From Neolecta irregularis DAH-3 (Eukaryota), in contig LXFE01000167.1 in NCBI GenBank assembly GCA_001929475.1, positions 1 through 64,000 of the forward strand: a stretch of 64,000 bases of DNA. The letters are read 5' to 3'. The notes below the pieces were generated by a model that saw only the letters and a program-made list of their open reading frames with translations, was not told where the DNA came from and made no database searches. Made by a program: the position numbers and the translations under genes. Of the stretch, positions 1 through 12,856 are shown piece by piece (position 1 is the first letter of the stretch; every line of letters begins with the position of its first letter).

Positions 1-186
1 GTGCTGATACCGTCATCTGCCCGTTTGCCTCCCTATTGATCGGCTGGGTGGCGATGCCTGTGACAGCCCAGACTGGGGTGATCGGCTACCCTTGCTGCTG
101 CTTGTGCTGGTTCCGATACTTTGGCGGTGACGGTGGCGAGCTGGTGGGGGTTGCGACGTCGGGGAAAGTCGTGTCCCCACACTGAG

Positions 187-332
187 TGTCAGGAAATACC
201 GTTTGGGTATATCTTACCAATATGGCAACGGGAAGTATATAAAGGCGGAAGTTAGATATTCCTAGCCAAGTAAGAATACTTAGGCTAGTTATAACACTTG
301 GTCTTATCGTACTTCTAAGCGCATAGCTTACA
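187..332. mobile_element. Solo LTR (146 bp) of an LTR retrotransposon
   Basis: Starts TGTCAG, ends CTTACA (TG...CA, near-perfect terminal inverted repeat). Flanked by identical 5-bp CTGAG at 182-186 and 333-337. Internal TATATAAA near 236-243. Confidence 0.8.
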
Positions 333-690
333 CTGAGAGCCGTGTGCAGAGAAGAAGTTCTCCGAAGTGCACTTCGGTGAATCATAGTCCTAGCACTTGG
401 TCGATACGCGAAATTGAAGAAACATATTCAGAAAGTTGTTTCTTTCCTGGGAAAAGACCAGTGATATACGTTCCATGAGGCATAAAAGAACAAAGTGGCG
501 AGTCGGATATGTTCCTTGATTTTTCCCAGGGAGAGAAGTTTTACTACATAACTTGATGCAATATTCCGAGTTCCCATATCGTATACGATTTAGTTAACGA
601 GAGAGGGACATTGTCCGTCCCCAATGCCCCCATCTTAATAGACACTGTGTATAATAGTATGCGATTTATTGCCTGAGCTGACGGTGAGGC

Positions 691-879
691 TGCCAGCCTA
701 AGATTTTCACTTCTAATCCGGAGTTTGCTGGTTTCCTTAATATGGCGCTAGTGAAGAAGAACCGACATCTACGCGGCATCCATATCGAAGATTGCCTTCT
801 AGTTACGAGCACTGGATATGAGAATCTTACGTCTGCACTCAAGGAAGTTGAAGAAGTAGAGAAACTTGTGCAGGGGTGA
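691..879 (+). pseudogene. Isolated C-terminal fragment of an Xaa-Pro aminopeptidase/prolidase (M24B)
   Basis: Frame reads ...NPEFAGFLNMALVKKNRHLRGIHIEDCLLVTSTGYENLTSALKEVEEVEKLVQG*, resembling the GGVRIEDD.LVT..GYENLT..PK tail of prolidases. In-frame stops lie immediately upstream and no upstream exons are recognisable. Confidence 0.65.
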
Positions 880-1054
880 ACTTGATAAAGCGCAAGATTG
901 ATCACATCGCGGCAGTCAATCCACGCAAGTCTACTCGAATTATACGTAGCTTCTCAGAACCTCAGGCTTGACAGAATTATTTAATCGATCCATTAAATAT
1001 GTTACCAATTCCTCAACCAAACTCCAGATTATATATATCTCGCTTTTCAGGCTA

Positions 1055-4000
1055 TCAACATCTCAACATACGCAACATAATCAGTCCGTCTTCGCGAATT
1101 GCTTCTTGCTCTTTCTCGCTTTTCTGCGACACTTCAGCCTTGGAAAGTCCCATACATAATTGATAATCTTTTTCGCTTAACCATAACTAGATTGTCAGGT
1201 ACTTCTCGTAATAATTATATACGTCTAGATGGTCTGGATTGACACCTAATGGAAGTGAAGGTTGCTGAAGGTCCTTTATCTTGAATACCCTAGTGTCCAT
1301 TATCCGAAATGCTTCATCGAGAGACATTGATTGCATCAGATTGCTGTTAAACTCACAGCCTGGAAGGACTTCTGACCGAAGACGGAAGATAACTTGGAGA
1401 TTTGAGGGCAATCGCCAAGGAGCCAACAGAACCGATGTCGTGCACGTTTGGCGATGCTCTGCTTTCGTGACATACAATGAATAATTCTGTGGCAATTAGT
1501 AGACTACAGAGCAGCGACATACTCGGGAGAAATCCAAAGCTAGCTGAATATCTCCTCTCCGCTTCCGTGCTTCATCCCCGATGACTGTCATGATATCAAA
1601 GAATGAATCAATGACATGAATTGAATCAGCAGTAATGTCATCCATTCCAAATGGTGAAATTTCAGCAATCTATCGTTCAAGACCTAGTACCTTGAAAATG
1701 ACATACCTGCGTTCCACTGAATCTAAACAGTCTCGTGGCATATTGTCTGCATTCTCGTCGTGCTCTCCAAAAAGCTGCGCAAGCATACTTTCCGTCACCG
1801 AGAGCATCCCAGAAGTCTTCTGGTTCCTTGCCTTCATAACAAGATCGGACAGAATTCATCAAAGATAGTGCAAAGTCATGAGCAGCGATAATTTCTGATT
1901 CTTGACTTCCGCGACCGACCCAAACCCAAACAGCATCGTAGGACTTGAAAACATATGAATATGCGCTGCAGAGCGATGATACGTCAAGTTTCCTTTGGTC
2001 GATGAAAACGATCTGTGATGAAGATCGAATACAGAATAACGAAGCAGTCTGAACCTGGAAATCACGAGAACCATATTTAGTAATCAGGGTGTTTCCAACT
2101 ACGCTCAGAAAAGTCGGTGTCTCTTTGCCTTGATGTACGCGTACCTGATGTTTAGTCTGTTTATCATGCATTGATCAGTGAGTTACCAAGCTGGCACCTT
2201 GTTCCTCAGCAAAGGAATCAATATAACTGAAATCGCCATGTGCTCTATTCAAACCCAGCCACAGGAAAATAGATTGACCCTTTTGGGAATCCCCATGTGA
2301 AACGAGGTAGAGCAGAGTGTCATCTTCATAGACAGTGTTGAAGTTGGAAGATAGCCGTTCTCGCACGCCATCGATTAATCTCCATACCTGAACTTCAAAA
2401 CACCCTTCGGGATATATGAAATACTGGGGTCTCTGATTGTAGAGAAGTGAGATATCGATATTAGAATCATCTACTATCAGAGACGTTTCAGTGGTTGAAA
2501 TACCATCAGATAATTTTCCACCCAAAAAACTCGAAAGACGCTGGTATGAAGTTGATTGTCGAAACCTAAAGAGTTAGTTCATATTCGCCAACATAGTACT
2601 TTGAGAATGTTTTCCCAGATTTTGGTGACGTTCCTTTCGTAGGACTAGGTGATCGGGGTTTCTTCACAAGCTTTCTGGGCTTCAGTTTCTCGGGCGTATG
2701 TAAATATGCCTTATCGACACCGAGCTCAGGTATTTGCTGCGGTATACATTCTAACGAAACTTCAAAATTCCCCTCAGGAGATGTGTTTGACAAAGATACA
2801 CCTTGAAGGCTTAGTTCAGATGTGTAATTTTGCTCATATCGACGTGAATCATCACTAGCTGCTTCCAAGGCTTCGCTGTGATTGTTTTGATTGTCTTCAA
2901 CAGCTAACTCTGCTTCAAAGTGGGCCAACCTGTGCTTTGTGTTTGTATCAGGATTAAGCAAGTGTTCGACAGTCGAAATTTGGAGGTTGGGTACACGCCT
3001 TTTGGGGCCTCGAGGGCGATTCTTGTTTAAATGTTGGAGTCCAGCTGATAATGACTGTCCTGTTGATGGGATAGAGGATGACGAGCTGGTTTTGAAATTT
3101 CGAAGAGATGAATTTGAAGGAGCACTTTTACCCATCGCGATTATGCTGGACAAATTAGGATTGATTCGAGTGGCCAGCTTGTTGGCCCTAAAAGAGTTCT
3201 TCTGTGAGCAGAGTTGGTCTCCTGGATTGTCTTCAGGGTTACTGCGACGGTCTGACTCATTTTTTCCTTCAGTTCCAACTTCGGGGCCTTTAGTATTTGA
3301 GACAGATGATGAGAGAATATTGGGAATGCTGTCATGTGAATCCTTGACATGTTGCAAGTCTTTTCGCCTTCTTGCTTGAACCAAATAACCACCTTTTGGA
3401 TCCGGTGACTGTCCACTAGAGATCTCTGCATCGGCATCTAGATGATCAATGGCTTCATTCTTGCAGTCTTCTGAATTCTCACTGAGAGCTCTGCCTTGGG
3501 CGATTTTATTCGGGGGGAATCCCATGTCGAGATTCAACCGAGGCCTTTCACTAAATTTACATAGAGCTTCTGCGCCGAAAGTAGGGGACACATTTTCTGT
3601 CAGAGAATTTTCTGTTCTGGAAAATGTCGAGACTTCCTTCGGGACATTTGTATCCTCGAAAGATTTACTAATGCCCTTATAGCTTAACCCTTCGTTGCTC
3701 GTTGGCAAAAGTTGATCAGAGATACTGGCTTTCCGGGTCGCAACTTCATTGACTTCTTCAAGATTCGTTTTGGGACGGAGTGAGCTCTTCGCATTCTGCA
3801 GCCTTTCAAGCACGGGGTCGATACGTTTCTTGGGAGCTTTCTCAAAAGCATTGAGACTATTTTTCGCTGCTAACAGTCTTTGCTTGACTTCATCAACTCG
3901 GGGACCATTTATTTCTGCAGCCATTTTCTTTGATCCAAGTTTTGCCCGAGCAGCGAGCAGAGATTCCCTTAACGGATCGATTTTTTCAAAGGGAGGATCG

Positions 4001-6190
4001 GCCTTCAGTACCGATTTTCCAGTTTTCAGTTTCCCAGCCAAATCAAGTTCCGAACCTGACGTAGGCACTCGAGGAGATAACTTTTTAAAAGTAACTTTTT
4101 CAATTTCCGGGGAAGGAGTATTTCGATTGATTGTGGGCGACGTTTTGTTCATTGCTGAACCGCGAGGACTATCCGGCTTCTTTATCACCAATGTTTCACG
4201 TTTTAAGGCCGCATCCATCCAGGTATTTTTGGTCGGACTAAGACGTCTATGACTGACTTCAGGTGAGCGAATGGGTGTTGTTGGGGATTGAGGTCCTGGC
4301 GCTCGATTTGACACAGAAATTGACTCTGGTGGTGATCGCCGGAATCTCGAAAATTCGGGGGAGTCATAACGGCCAGCGAGTTTTCTCCGTCGAGTACTCT
4401 GCGAAGAATCGTGCATGGAGATGTTCGTGTATGTACTGTTTTCTGAAGTCGCCGAAGGTGGAGGTTCTGCAGTTGATGCAGCGCTTCGAGAATCATAAGT
4501 GGATCCGTGGTCGTGAAGTTCTTCTGATTTGGATTGAATTGTATAGTCCTCAACAAGCGTCAAGTCGGGCTGAGAGTTTGTTGGTAGTTCCTGCTTGTTG
4601 TCACCATAAATCTGAGATTCTCTTACATCCCGAGACAAACATGGCACCGATTGTTTACGACTAAATAGAGGAGAGGAAGATTTGAAAGATGCTCGATTGG
4701 GATTTGATTCTGCTCTTGCTCTTTGGATAGAGAAATCGATTGACCGCGAAGCCGATAGCGGCTCGACATCGGATCGATTGAGATACATTGGATTTGGTGA
4801 ATCTCGAGGGGTGTTCGAAAGGACATCCAGTGGGGATGCTGGACTCGCTGGAGCACTAATTCGACTTCTTATAGAAGAATCGGTACGCATTAATGCACTC
4901 GCGACAAATCCACCTGCACCCTTCGTTGGCGATATAGGACGATCTCTAGGGGTAATCCCTTGAATTGAACTACGAGGCGAACCAGTCAGGAATGACGGAG
5001 TATGAAATGTAGAAGAAACTGCTGGAGAAGTCGGAAGTGGACGACGAACAGGAGAGCCCTCTCCAGTTGTAAAGGTTGTACTGTCCCCTTGTGTAAGTGG
5101 ATATGACTTTAAAAATTAGTCCAAGACATTTCTATAAAAGTTTTACCAATTGATCCATCGCGGGACGATCTCTAAAACTCGAAAGGCTTTGACGCAACGA
5201 TAATGGACTATCAGGCAGAGCGGGAGTTCTCTCACGGCCACTCGATGGGTCTGCAACGGAAATTGGTCTTTCACGAGTCAAAGTCCTAGTAGGAGTTCTC
5301 GGAGTTGACGAAACACAGTCAAATGTCCCTGTGTTGGAACGTGGGCGATCATAAGGCGGGGGGCCTGGGAACACTCCGAATGGCTTTAGGACTGGAGTAT
5401 CGCCCAGTTCTAGAGCTTGGGCTATCTCTGGAGGTGGGACATATTCGCTTGCTTTGGATTGCTCTTCTTCGTAGGTTTGTTTGAGGGGCGAAGTCGGCTG
5501 CGAGCCTCGCGATGGAGGGTGCAGGACTGGAGTATTCGAAAGGCTTGACGTGGAACGTTGATTTTTTAAATCTCTTGATGGTGATTGACTGAAAGAATTA
5601 CGATTAGATTTCTAGACCTGTGAAAATCAATCTCTCAATTCAACATACAATGCCGCTTAGTCTCGCCAGGGAATCATGCCTGTGTTCTGCCAAAGATGAA
5701 GGCTCTTGGCTTTCTGCTACGACAGGAAGAGTTAGCCGATGACAAAAGATAATTTTTGAAGAGTACCAGCTGGAGTTGCTTTGGTTGGAGAGATGGATCG
5801 AGTACGCTCTTACAAAAATAAGGAACCTAAAGCAAGGAGAAGGTCTACCGGCTCTTCTCGCCTGTCGAGCTCTTCTTTCAGCAATAATGTCCTTGAAATC
5901 GGTTAATATCAACCCACTTGTCATATTTCATACCTGTTCAAGTTTTCTTTGCCTTTCTTCATCCTCTCGTTCTCGATCAGCCTGCAGACTTTTCACTTTC
6001 TCCATCCAGTCTTGCACTTGAGGGTCTTCAGATAATACAGAAGTTGCTCTTTTCTTTCCGCTGCTGGACAGTGGATTAGAACTACTTCCTAAGTTTCTGT
6101 CAGCCCTGAATCACCAGAATGCATACCCGATAAATCATGAGATATAAGGGATGATGATGATGGCTTGTCACTCTCTTGAAAGCTTTCCAT
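1055..6190 (-). CDS. DUF4045-type N-terminus, long Ser/Pro-rich region, gelsolin repeats and a villin-headpiece-like tail (about 10 introns)
   Basis: N-terminal DREREDEERQRKLEQ..IAERRARQARRAERTRSISPTK motif. Gelsolin-like segments QVWRL...IFLWLG, VHQGKETPTFLS and VWVWVGRGS...EGKEPEDFWDALG. Final exon 1055-1186. Confidence 0.8.
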
Positions 6191-6505
6191 CTAAGAAATC
6201 GCGTAGCAAAGAGAAAAAGATAAAGATAAAATAGGAGGATAGCTTCAATCGTAGGTGAATGGATGGAAATTAATTGTCGATGACTCGGTGCAGGATGCTT
6301 GATGTTGTCAGAATGTTAATATGTACCTGAACAAAATGCACAACATTATATATATTATACAAAATTTCTCTCTTAATTGTTTTGTATATTCAGATTCGAG
6401 TGATTGGGAATACCCTATAGGAGTGCTTCATTTTTATATGAATGGCTCGGACAAGATCGTGGATCATCGTCAACGAACTTGACGCCGCTTTGAATCACCA
6501 ATTCC

Positions 6506-8065
6506 ATGTCAATACCCAGCAGCAGAGAGAATTTCCGCTTCGAGAACTGGGCGAAAACGTTTGAATGCTATCCAGCTAGTTACTTTTCGCCCGCCTCCGA
6601 GAAAGAGGTTCTTGAGGTGATAATCATGTCTCCCAGAAATTTCACCGAGAATATAGATCCTCGCTGCGGCCAGAAGTAAGGGTAAAAAGATTCGTGTGGT
6701 TGGACGTGGACATTCTCCCAGCGATCTTCATTGTACAGCAGAGTGGATGGTTTCAATTGAGAGGCTCAATAAAGTCCTATCGGTCAATCAAAGTCGTAAG
6801 GAGGTTACAGTGCAAGCTGGAATCTATCTTCATGATCTTCACAAAGAACTAGATGAAAGATTATGGGCTATGCCAAATATAGGAAGTATATCGGAACAGA
6901 GTATTGCTGGTGCTATCGCAACATGCTCTCACGGTTCAAGTATGAGATACGGCGCGATCAGCGAACAGGTTGTTGAATTGGTTCTAATAACGGCCAACGG
7001 AGAGACAATTTCTTGTAGCCAACACCAGAATTCTACTATTTTCAAAGCAGCACTTGTCCATCTTGGAGCATTGGGTGTAATTGTACGAGTAACGTTGCGA
7101 GTCGTTGACAAGTTCAACTTGAGACAGATCAATACAATTGCCACAATAAACGAAATGCTTGAAATTTGGGAAGCAGGAGAACTGTGGACTTCGGCCGAGT
7201 ATGTCCGCTGCTGGTGGTTTCCGTACTCCGAACGCGTCTGCATTTCTCGGTTAAATCAAACTAAACAACAACCTTTCCGAAGCTCAAGATGGCTGAGCCT
7301 CGAAAACATCGCTTTTCAGACTTTTCAGAGTTTATTATATGCTACTAGGTTTATTCCATCTCTTATCCCAGCTCTCGAAAAGATCTCTTTCAGAGCTTCC
7401 TATGGTTGGAAGAGTGGATCTTCAACAACTCCTTTGACGGAGAAAAGTTACCAGGCGATGAACATGAATTGTTTATACTTGCAATACGTCGATGAGGTTC
7501 GCCTCGCCTGATATATCGGTTTTGATAGTCAGTGGTCAATCCCTATCTCCAACGGCCCTGAAGCAATTCGTCGGCTTAATTCATGGATCAAAGGAGATGC
7601 AAAAACAGCAGGATTGCCATTCGATCCGAAGAATGTTTATGTTCATGCCCCAATCGAGATCCGAGTCGGCAAACCGGACGATGCATATCTTAGTACATCA
7701 GGTGGTGTAGAAGTCTGCTGGATAGGTGTCATAATGTACAAGTATGAGAGTTTTTGACGACAATGTTAATTGCTAGACCTTATAATGCATCCATTCCATA
7801 CCGGACCTACTTCAAGGCGTTTGAGGCTTTGATGAGGTCATTAGGTGGCAGGCCTCATTGGGCAAAAGAGCATTGTCTTGGAAAAAAGGATCTTCAGAAA
7901 ATTTATCCCAAGCTGGATACGTGGCTTGAAGTTCGAAATCGCTTGGATCCAGATGAGATGTTTGCGAATGAATACATCCGTCGTCATCTTTTGGAAGAAA
8001 ACGACGAAACCGAAATACGAGAACGCCAAAGAAAGTTCAAAAGGTTGCGGCTTTCCAAGATTTAG
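6506..8065 (+). CDS. ALO1: D-arabinono-1,4-lactone oxidase / L-gulonolactone oxidase family FAD oxidase (3 introns)
   Basis: FENWAKTF, VVGRGHSPSDL (covalent FAD His), MPNIGSISEQSIAGAIATCSHGSS, C-terminal GGRPHWAK. Confidence 0.92.
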
Positions 8066-8736
8066 TTTTGTTTATGTATATATGTAAAAACAAAAAATTG
8101 TGTTGTGTTACTTCACAAAAACTAGTAGTTGCTCAGTGTTGGAGCTCCAAGTTGGCACAACTTTCTCACGACCTTAACATAATCAAACTACCACTTTACT
8201 CATCACCATAGACTGGTTTCGAATGGCAATTGATGGCTACCGTGCTCTTAAACCGATTTGAAAGTGAAACACCCGACACCGAAAAGGTCCACAACTCATC
8301 CAATGATGCTCCGCGGACTACGGGAGGGAGAAAAGTACGCAAGAAACATATGAAATAGGCTGAGATCAGGTCCTAGCTTTTAAGAGAAGCCTGAAAGCCC
8401 AGGCTTCGAATTTTCATCTGAGATTAACCAAAAATTATACTGGACATGTTCCAAAATCTAAAGCATGTAGCCTATAATATTCCCCTACTCTGACCAGATC
8501 CAGATATTACAATCAAGTCGTCATCTCACTGTTAGCTCCCGAGTGAGTCAGTTCGAGACAACAGCGGCCTTGGACGCACTAATCACTAAAAGCAAAGGGC
8601 CCAGGGGGTTTCCTGCAAGACAATTCCTCGATGGATTAAACAACCGGGATGAAATCCCTCCAAAGAAACCAGAAACCCCTAAAATAAGATACTCTGGGGT
8701 GATTATTAAGTCCTGTAATCATAAATTAAATTTTAG

Positions 8737-10382
8737 CTATTGGGAAATAGGACCACCATCAAGAATCGCATTGCACTTTGGGAAGACAAAACATCGAATA
8801 ATTCCCCTGCTTTTCAGGTATGTTGGTGTTTTTGGTCTTTTGGCTTACGATTAGATGTTCTCTCGTTCGAATTCATGTACCTCCGGAGAATCGGTGCATC
8901 GTACACCTACGGAGCACAGTTCAACACAAAGAAGTTCTCAATCGTCCCAGGGTGGATTCAGCGATGGAGGGGAAGTTTCATTCGACACAATCAAATTCTT
9001 GGATGTCCACTCAAGTCCCGTTAAAGCTCGGTTGATGAATTTGCCGTCACGAAATCCGCACAAACATGTCCCAGTTGCAGCCTCATTCTCATCACGAAAG
9101 TCTAACTGCACTGCGATTATTCATACCAACGAACCGTTCAATACATTAGAGACTATTCGTTTTCCAAAGAAACGCCCGAACTTGGAAAAAAGCGAATTCC
9201 GCGCGGACTCGCATGACAAGAGCCTACCGAGAAGCTTTCGTTCAGATTTAACTACTGAGATTCATGAAAACGAGCCGTTAAATACATTGGATACACAGCG
9301 AAAATGCTCTAAGTATTTACTCCGAGCTGATTTTGATCCTCGTTTATCTTCAACCAGCTCGATTTCTTTTTCCACTGCCTCTGATAACGAATATACATAT
9401 GATACCGCTCGACGAAGTGTGTTTCTAAGCACAAACAAGTCGGTCGATACTAAATCACTTCGCCGGACCTCTAGCGCATACGACCTTGACATCCTCAATG
9501 CCATCCCAGAAGAGAGAGATGTTGCACTGCCCCATAGGCGTTTGTCTAAAGGGAGATGTCCAGGAAGGTTGCATAATTATCTTCACAGGCGTGAAAATCC
9601 TTCCTTCATCGCAAATAATGACAGTCGCATTGATTTCTCAGGCTCGCCTCTTATTCTTGGCGACCTCTTGTCTGGGGATCTGTCGGTCATGCACGAATCA
9701 TATCTTACAGATTCGTCCTTCAATCTTTCCTTTATTGACGAGGGCTTCGGAGATGGTCCAGATAACTTCATTAAAAACGATTCAAACGTCCCTTCAGAGT
9801 GGGCTCAAAAACCCACACTAAATGAACCATTCAGTTCTAAACCCTTTTCCCCCTTTCCACCTCCTGCTAGACTTCCTCCCCCGATTACAAATGCACCATC
9901 TCCACGAGAGGACAATATTTCTGCGGCTCCCTCTCTTGTGTCCCGCTTTGTTCTCGCGGTAAAACATATCGAACCAGTTAAGGCTCATGTTGTACCCCCA
10001 TTGGTTACGACGGATTATGCATACACTTCAAAATCAAAGAATATTATCGAAAAAAACTTAGACAGACTTTATTTGAAGCTTTCAAGATTTACTGGAGGGA
10101 AGATATCGGGAAAATTCGAGGAAGAAGTGGTCGATTTCTCGCCGCCCGAGTATGAAGAGCAAAGTTATAAGTTATCCAAAGAAGTAGTTGAAAAGATTTT
10201 GAATTTTCCACAATTGTGTAGGTCTTTGACGATTTGAAGAATACGACGCTGATTCAGATGAATCTGTGGTTTTCCTGCAAAGCGTATCTTGGGTTCTCAT
10301 GGGTTCAGTTCTTTATTTTCAGATGATTAGGCTGTTTTGTATTCAGTTTGGCGTCGTATTACACGGTATAGAAATGGGTTAG
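8737..10382 (+). CDS. Hypothetical low-complexity Ser/Pro-rich protein with a predicted hydrophobic C-terminus; 5' end unresolved
   Basis: 460-codon exon 8855-10217, an upstream exon (..IKNRIALWE..) ending at a GTATGT donor, and intron 10218-10257 leading to a hydrophobic last exon. No family recognised. Confidence 0.6.
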
Positions 10383-10771
10383 AGTTTAAACGCGCATACT
10401 CATAAACATGGATTACATTCGCTGATACTTCACAAACAAACGACTGAGTGATAATATCAGAATTAGCTTGATAAAATCCGAAACTTGAAAATTAAACGAT
10501 GACATTGGGAAAATGGCTGTTCTTTTTTATTATTTGATCTCAGCTAGCTGTTTAGATAGGGGCTTTTCTGAAGCTCTCCTCTTTTCTCGTTCCCATTCGA
10601 CAGAGTAACCAAACTCCGACTGTTAGCAAAGATCAGAAAAGATGTTTTATGCTTTTAATTCCCATGAATCCCTTGGTCGCAGACGGAAATTCCTCATTAC
10701 AGCTGAGGTCCGCTCTTCATGGGCAAGCGAAATTTGAAAATACATTTCATCAATTATGAAAATTACGCCCT

Positions 10772-12636
10772 TCAAAATTCAAAGAATTCCCGAAAGATGT
10801 TCACATCTGTCCCTGTAATTGCCAACTCCGATAGATCACGACGATCTTGACACATGAACACCCGTCTTAAGGTTTCCCATAAGTTACTTGAAATATTAAC
10901 ACCGCCTGGTACATCGCCTCTCTGGTGTTGTGCGAGGGCTCCAAGTAAATGTTGGGCAGCCTTAATGGTTTCAGAAGATACAAGGTTGCAGGAATATACT
11001 TCTTCATAGCATCCGATGTTGATGCAACTCACACCGAGATTATATCGGGCTCGAACGAAAGACGGGCTGATTTCAAGAGCCTTGTGATAGGCATTAATGG
11101 CCTCTTCACTTCTCCCCGAGTTTGCCAATGTAGCTCCGAGGCGATTCCATAAAAGATGGTCCTATTCATCAATATCGCCCTAATAGATACAAGATATACA
11201 TTCGGTCTACTACTCAAAGCCGCAGTGAAACAGTCGACAGCTTTATCGTAACTCTCGCTACCGTAAAATAGCACACCCAGGCCAACTTGAACGTCTGCAT
11301 CCATCTGAGCACCATTTGGGCTTAATTGTGCAGCATGGATGAATTGAGAGGTGACGCGTTGATGCAGTTGATCTCTACCTTGACCTTTTGGTATTGATGT
11401 CGTTAATGAAGGATATTTGGCAACGATCCAAGACTCCAAGGTCATATATGCAGCAGAATCATATCCTTCGTTCGTATAGCTAACTGCAAGTCCCTGGAGG
11501 ATTAATGAGCGTAATGTTCATACTTCATACCATCATAGCTTGAAGGTTTGTAGACTCAAGATTGGTGGCCTTGTCCAAAGCCCGGATGGCAGGTTCTTCC
11601 TTCTCATTCTGAGCTTGAACTAACCCCAATTGAGTCCATGCTTCAGCTCTACCCATATCCTGTTGCACAGCAGCTTCGAAGCATAGTGCAACTTCGGAAA
11701 GACTCGCACCGCTTTCCATTAACCGTAGACCTTCGGCAAATGGATCGACACGATTCAAATACGGATTGTCGAGTTCGAATTGATAGTCCCCAAGATCAGG
11801 CTTTTCATTGATTGAAAATGCATGAAGATCCTCAATCCCCGAAAACGAGGGGTTATCCTGTTGAATCCCATTCCAGATGCTCTCGAAATCTCCATGAAAC
11901 TGCTGGTTCATAAGTTCATCTTGAGATTCTTCTAAGCCTTCCTGTCTTTCCTGTTGAGATTCTTTCTCTAGAGCATCAAAATGTTCTTCCCAATTCTGAT
12001 CCGTAAGTTCGACCAGTTTTTCTTTTCCTTTCCTTAAGGGTTCATGATAAGAAGGCAGCTGGGTCAGCTGGGATCCGAAGGCGCCTTGGAACGACGGAAG
12101 CATGCGATTTCCCGGCATAAAAGCCTGAGGAGCATAGTTCACTGTTGATGACAAACTGAATTCCTCACGCCAAGCGGGGTTTGAGATTTCGTGCAGAGGC
12201 GACATCGACGGAACTCTTTGACGAGATGCAGACTCCATATGAGCCGCCCTTTCTGGAGGTAGCATATGGCGATCATTTTGAAATTCAGAAGACCATTCTA
12301 TGTTATTAGATAGCGAAGATATCGAAAGCAGTCGTGCCTCGGCCAGTCTGTTGAATCGCCCGGATCTCTCTAGAGATTCCATCAAAGCCAAAAGCTGGTT
12401 TATCTCCGAAGAATAAAATCTGGAATCATGTCAAGCATTTCAAAGCAGCAGGTCGGTACTTGCTGGTCTTGCTGATTTACATTGTGTGGTGCAGACCGGA
12501 AAGATTTGTGGATACTGGTATTCTGAGGAACTAGTCGATCTTGTTGAAGCGAAGCGTCCCTCGCAGCATGCTTTGAGAGCTGGCTTAGCGGATTTGCAGC
12601 AGCTGAACAGGCGGCACCGGAGAATAGATCAGACAT
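10772..12636 (-). CDS. PEX5: Peroxisomal PTS1 receptor Pex5 (5 introns, one GC-AG)
   Basis: N-terminal MSDLFSGAACSAAANPL with the conserved Cys, WxxxF motifs (WSSEF, WREEF, WEEHF), TPRs ending LANSGRSEEAINAYHKALEISPSFVRARYNLGVSCINIG. Confidence 0.96.
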
Positions 12637-12856
12637 AATTCTGGTGGGCAAGTCTCAATATGATGGCGGAGACTGAAAGGTGGAGGCAGGAGCCACGGTA
12701 AAAAACCAGAACTCCCATTCAGTCATATTTACTCATGCTAATTTGTTTATTGCGTACTAGTTCTGCTAAAAGATGCCGGGCTCTTTTTTGTACATCCCTC
12801 AGTCCCGAGACTGCGCAGAAAGGATCAGTGTATAAAGAAAGTTCAAGTCAAGGGTT

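Noticed and set aside
86-385. 99-aa minus-strand ORF
   Set aside because: It runs through the solo LTR and has no recognisable homology, so it is likely spurious.
2891-4963. Several 77-167 aa plus-strand ORFs
   Set aside because: Antisense shadows of the long low-complexity exon of the gelsolin gene.
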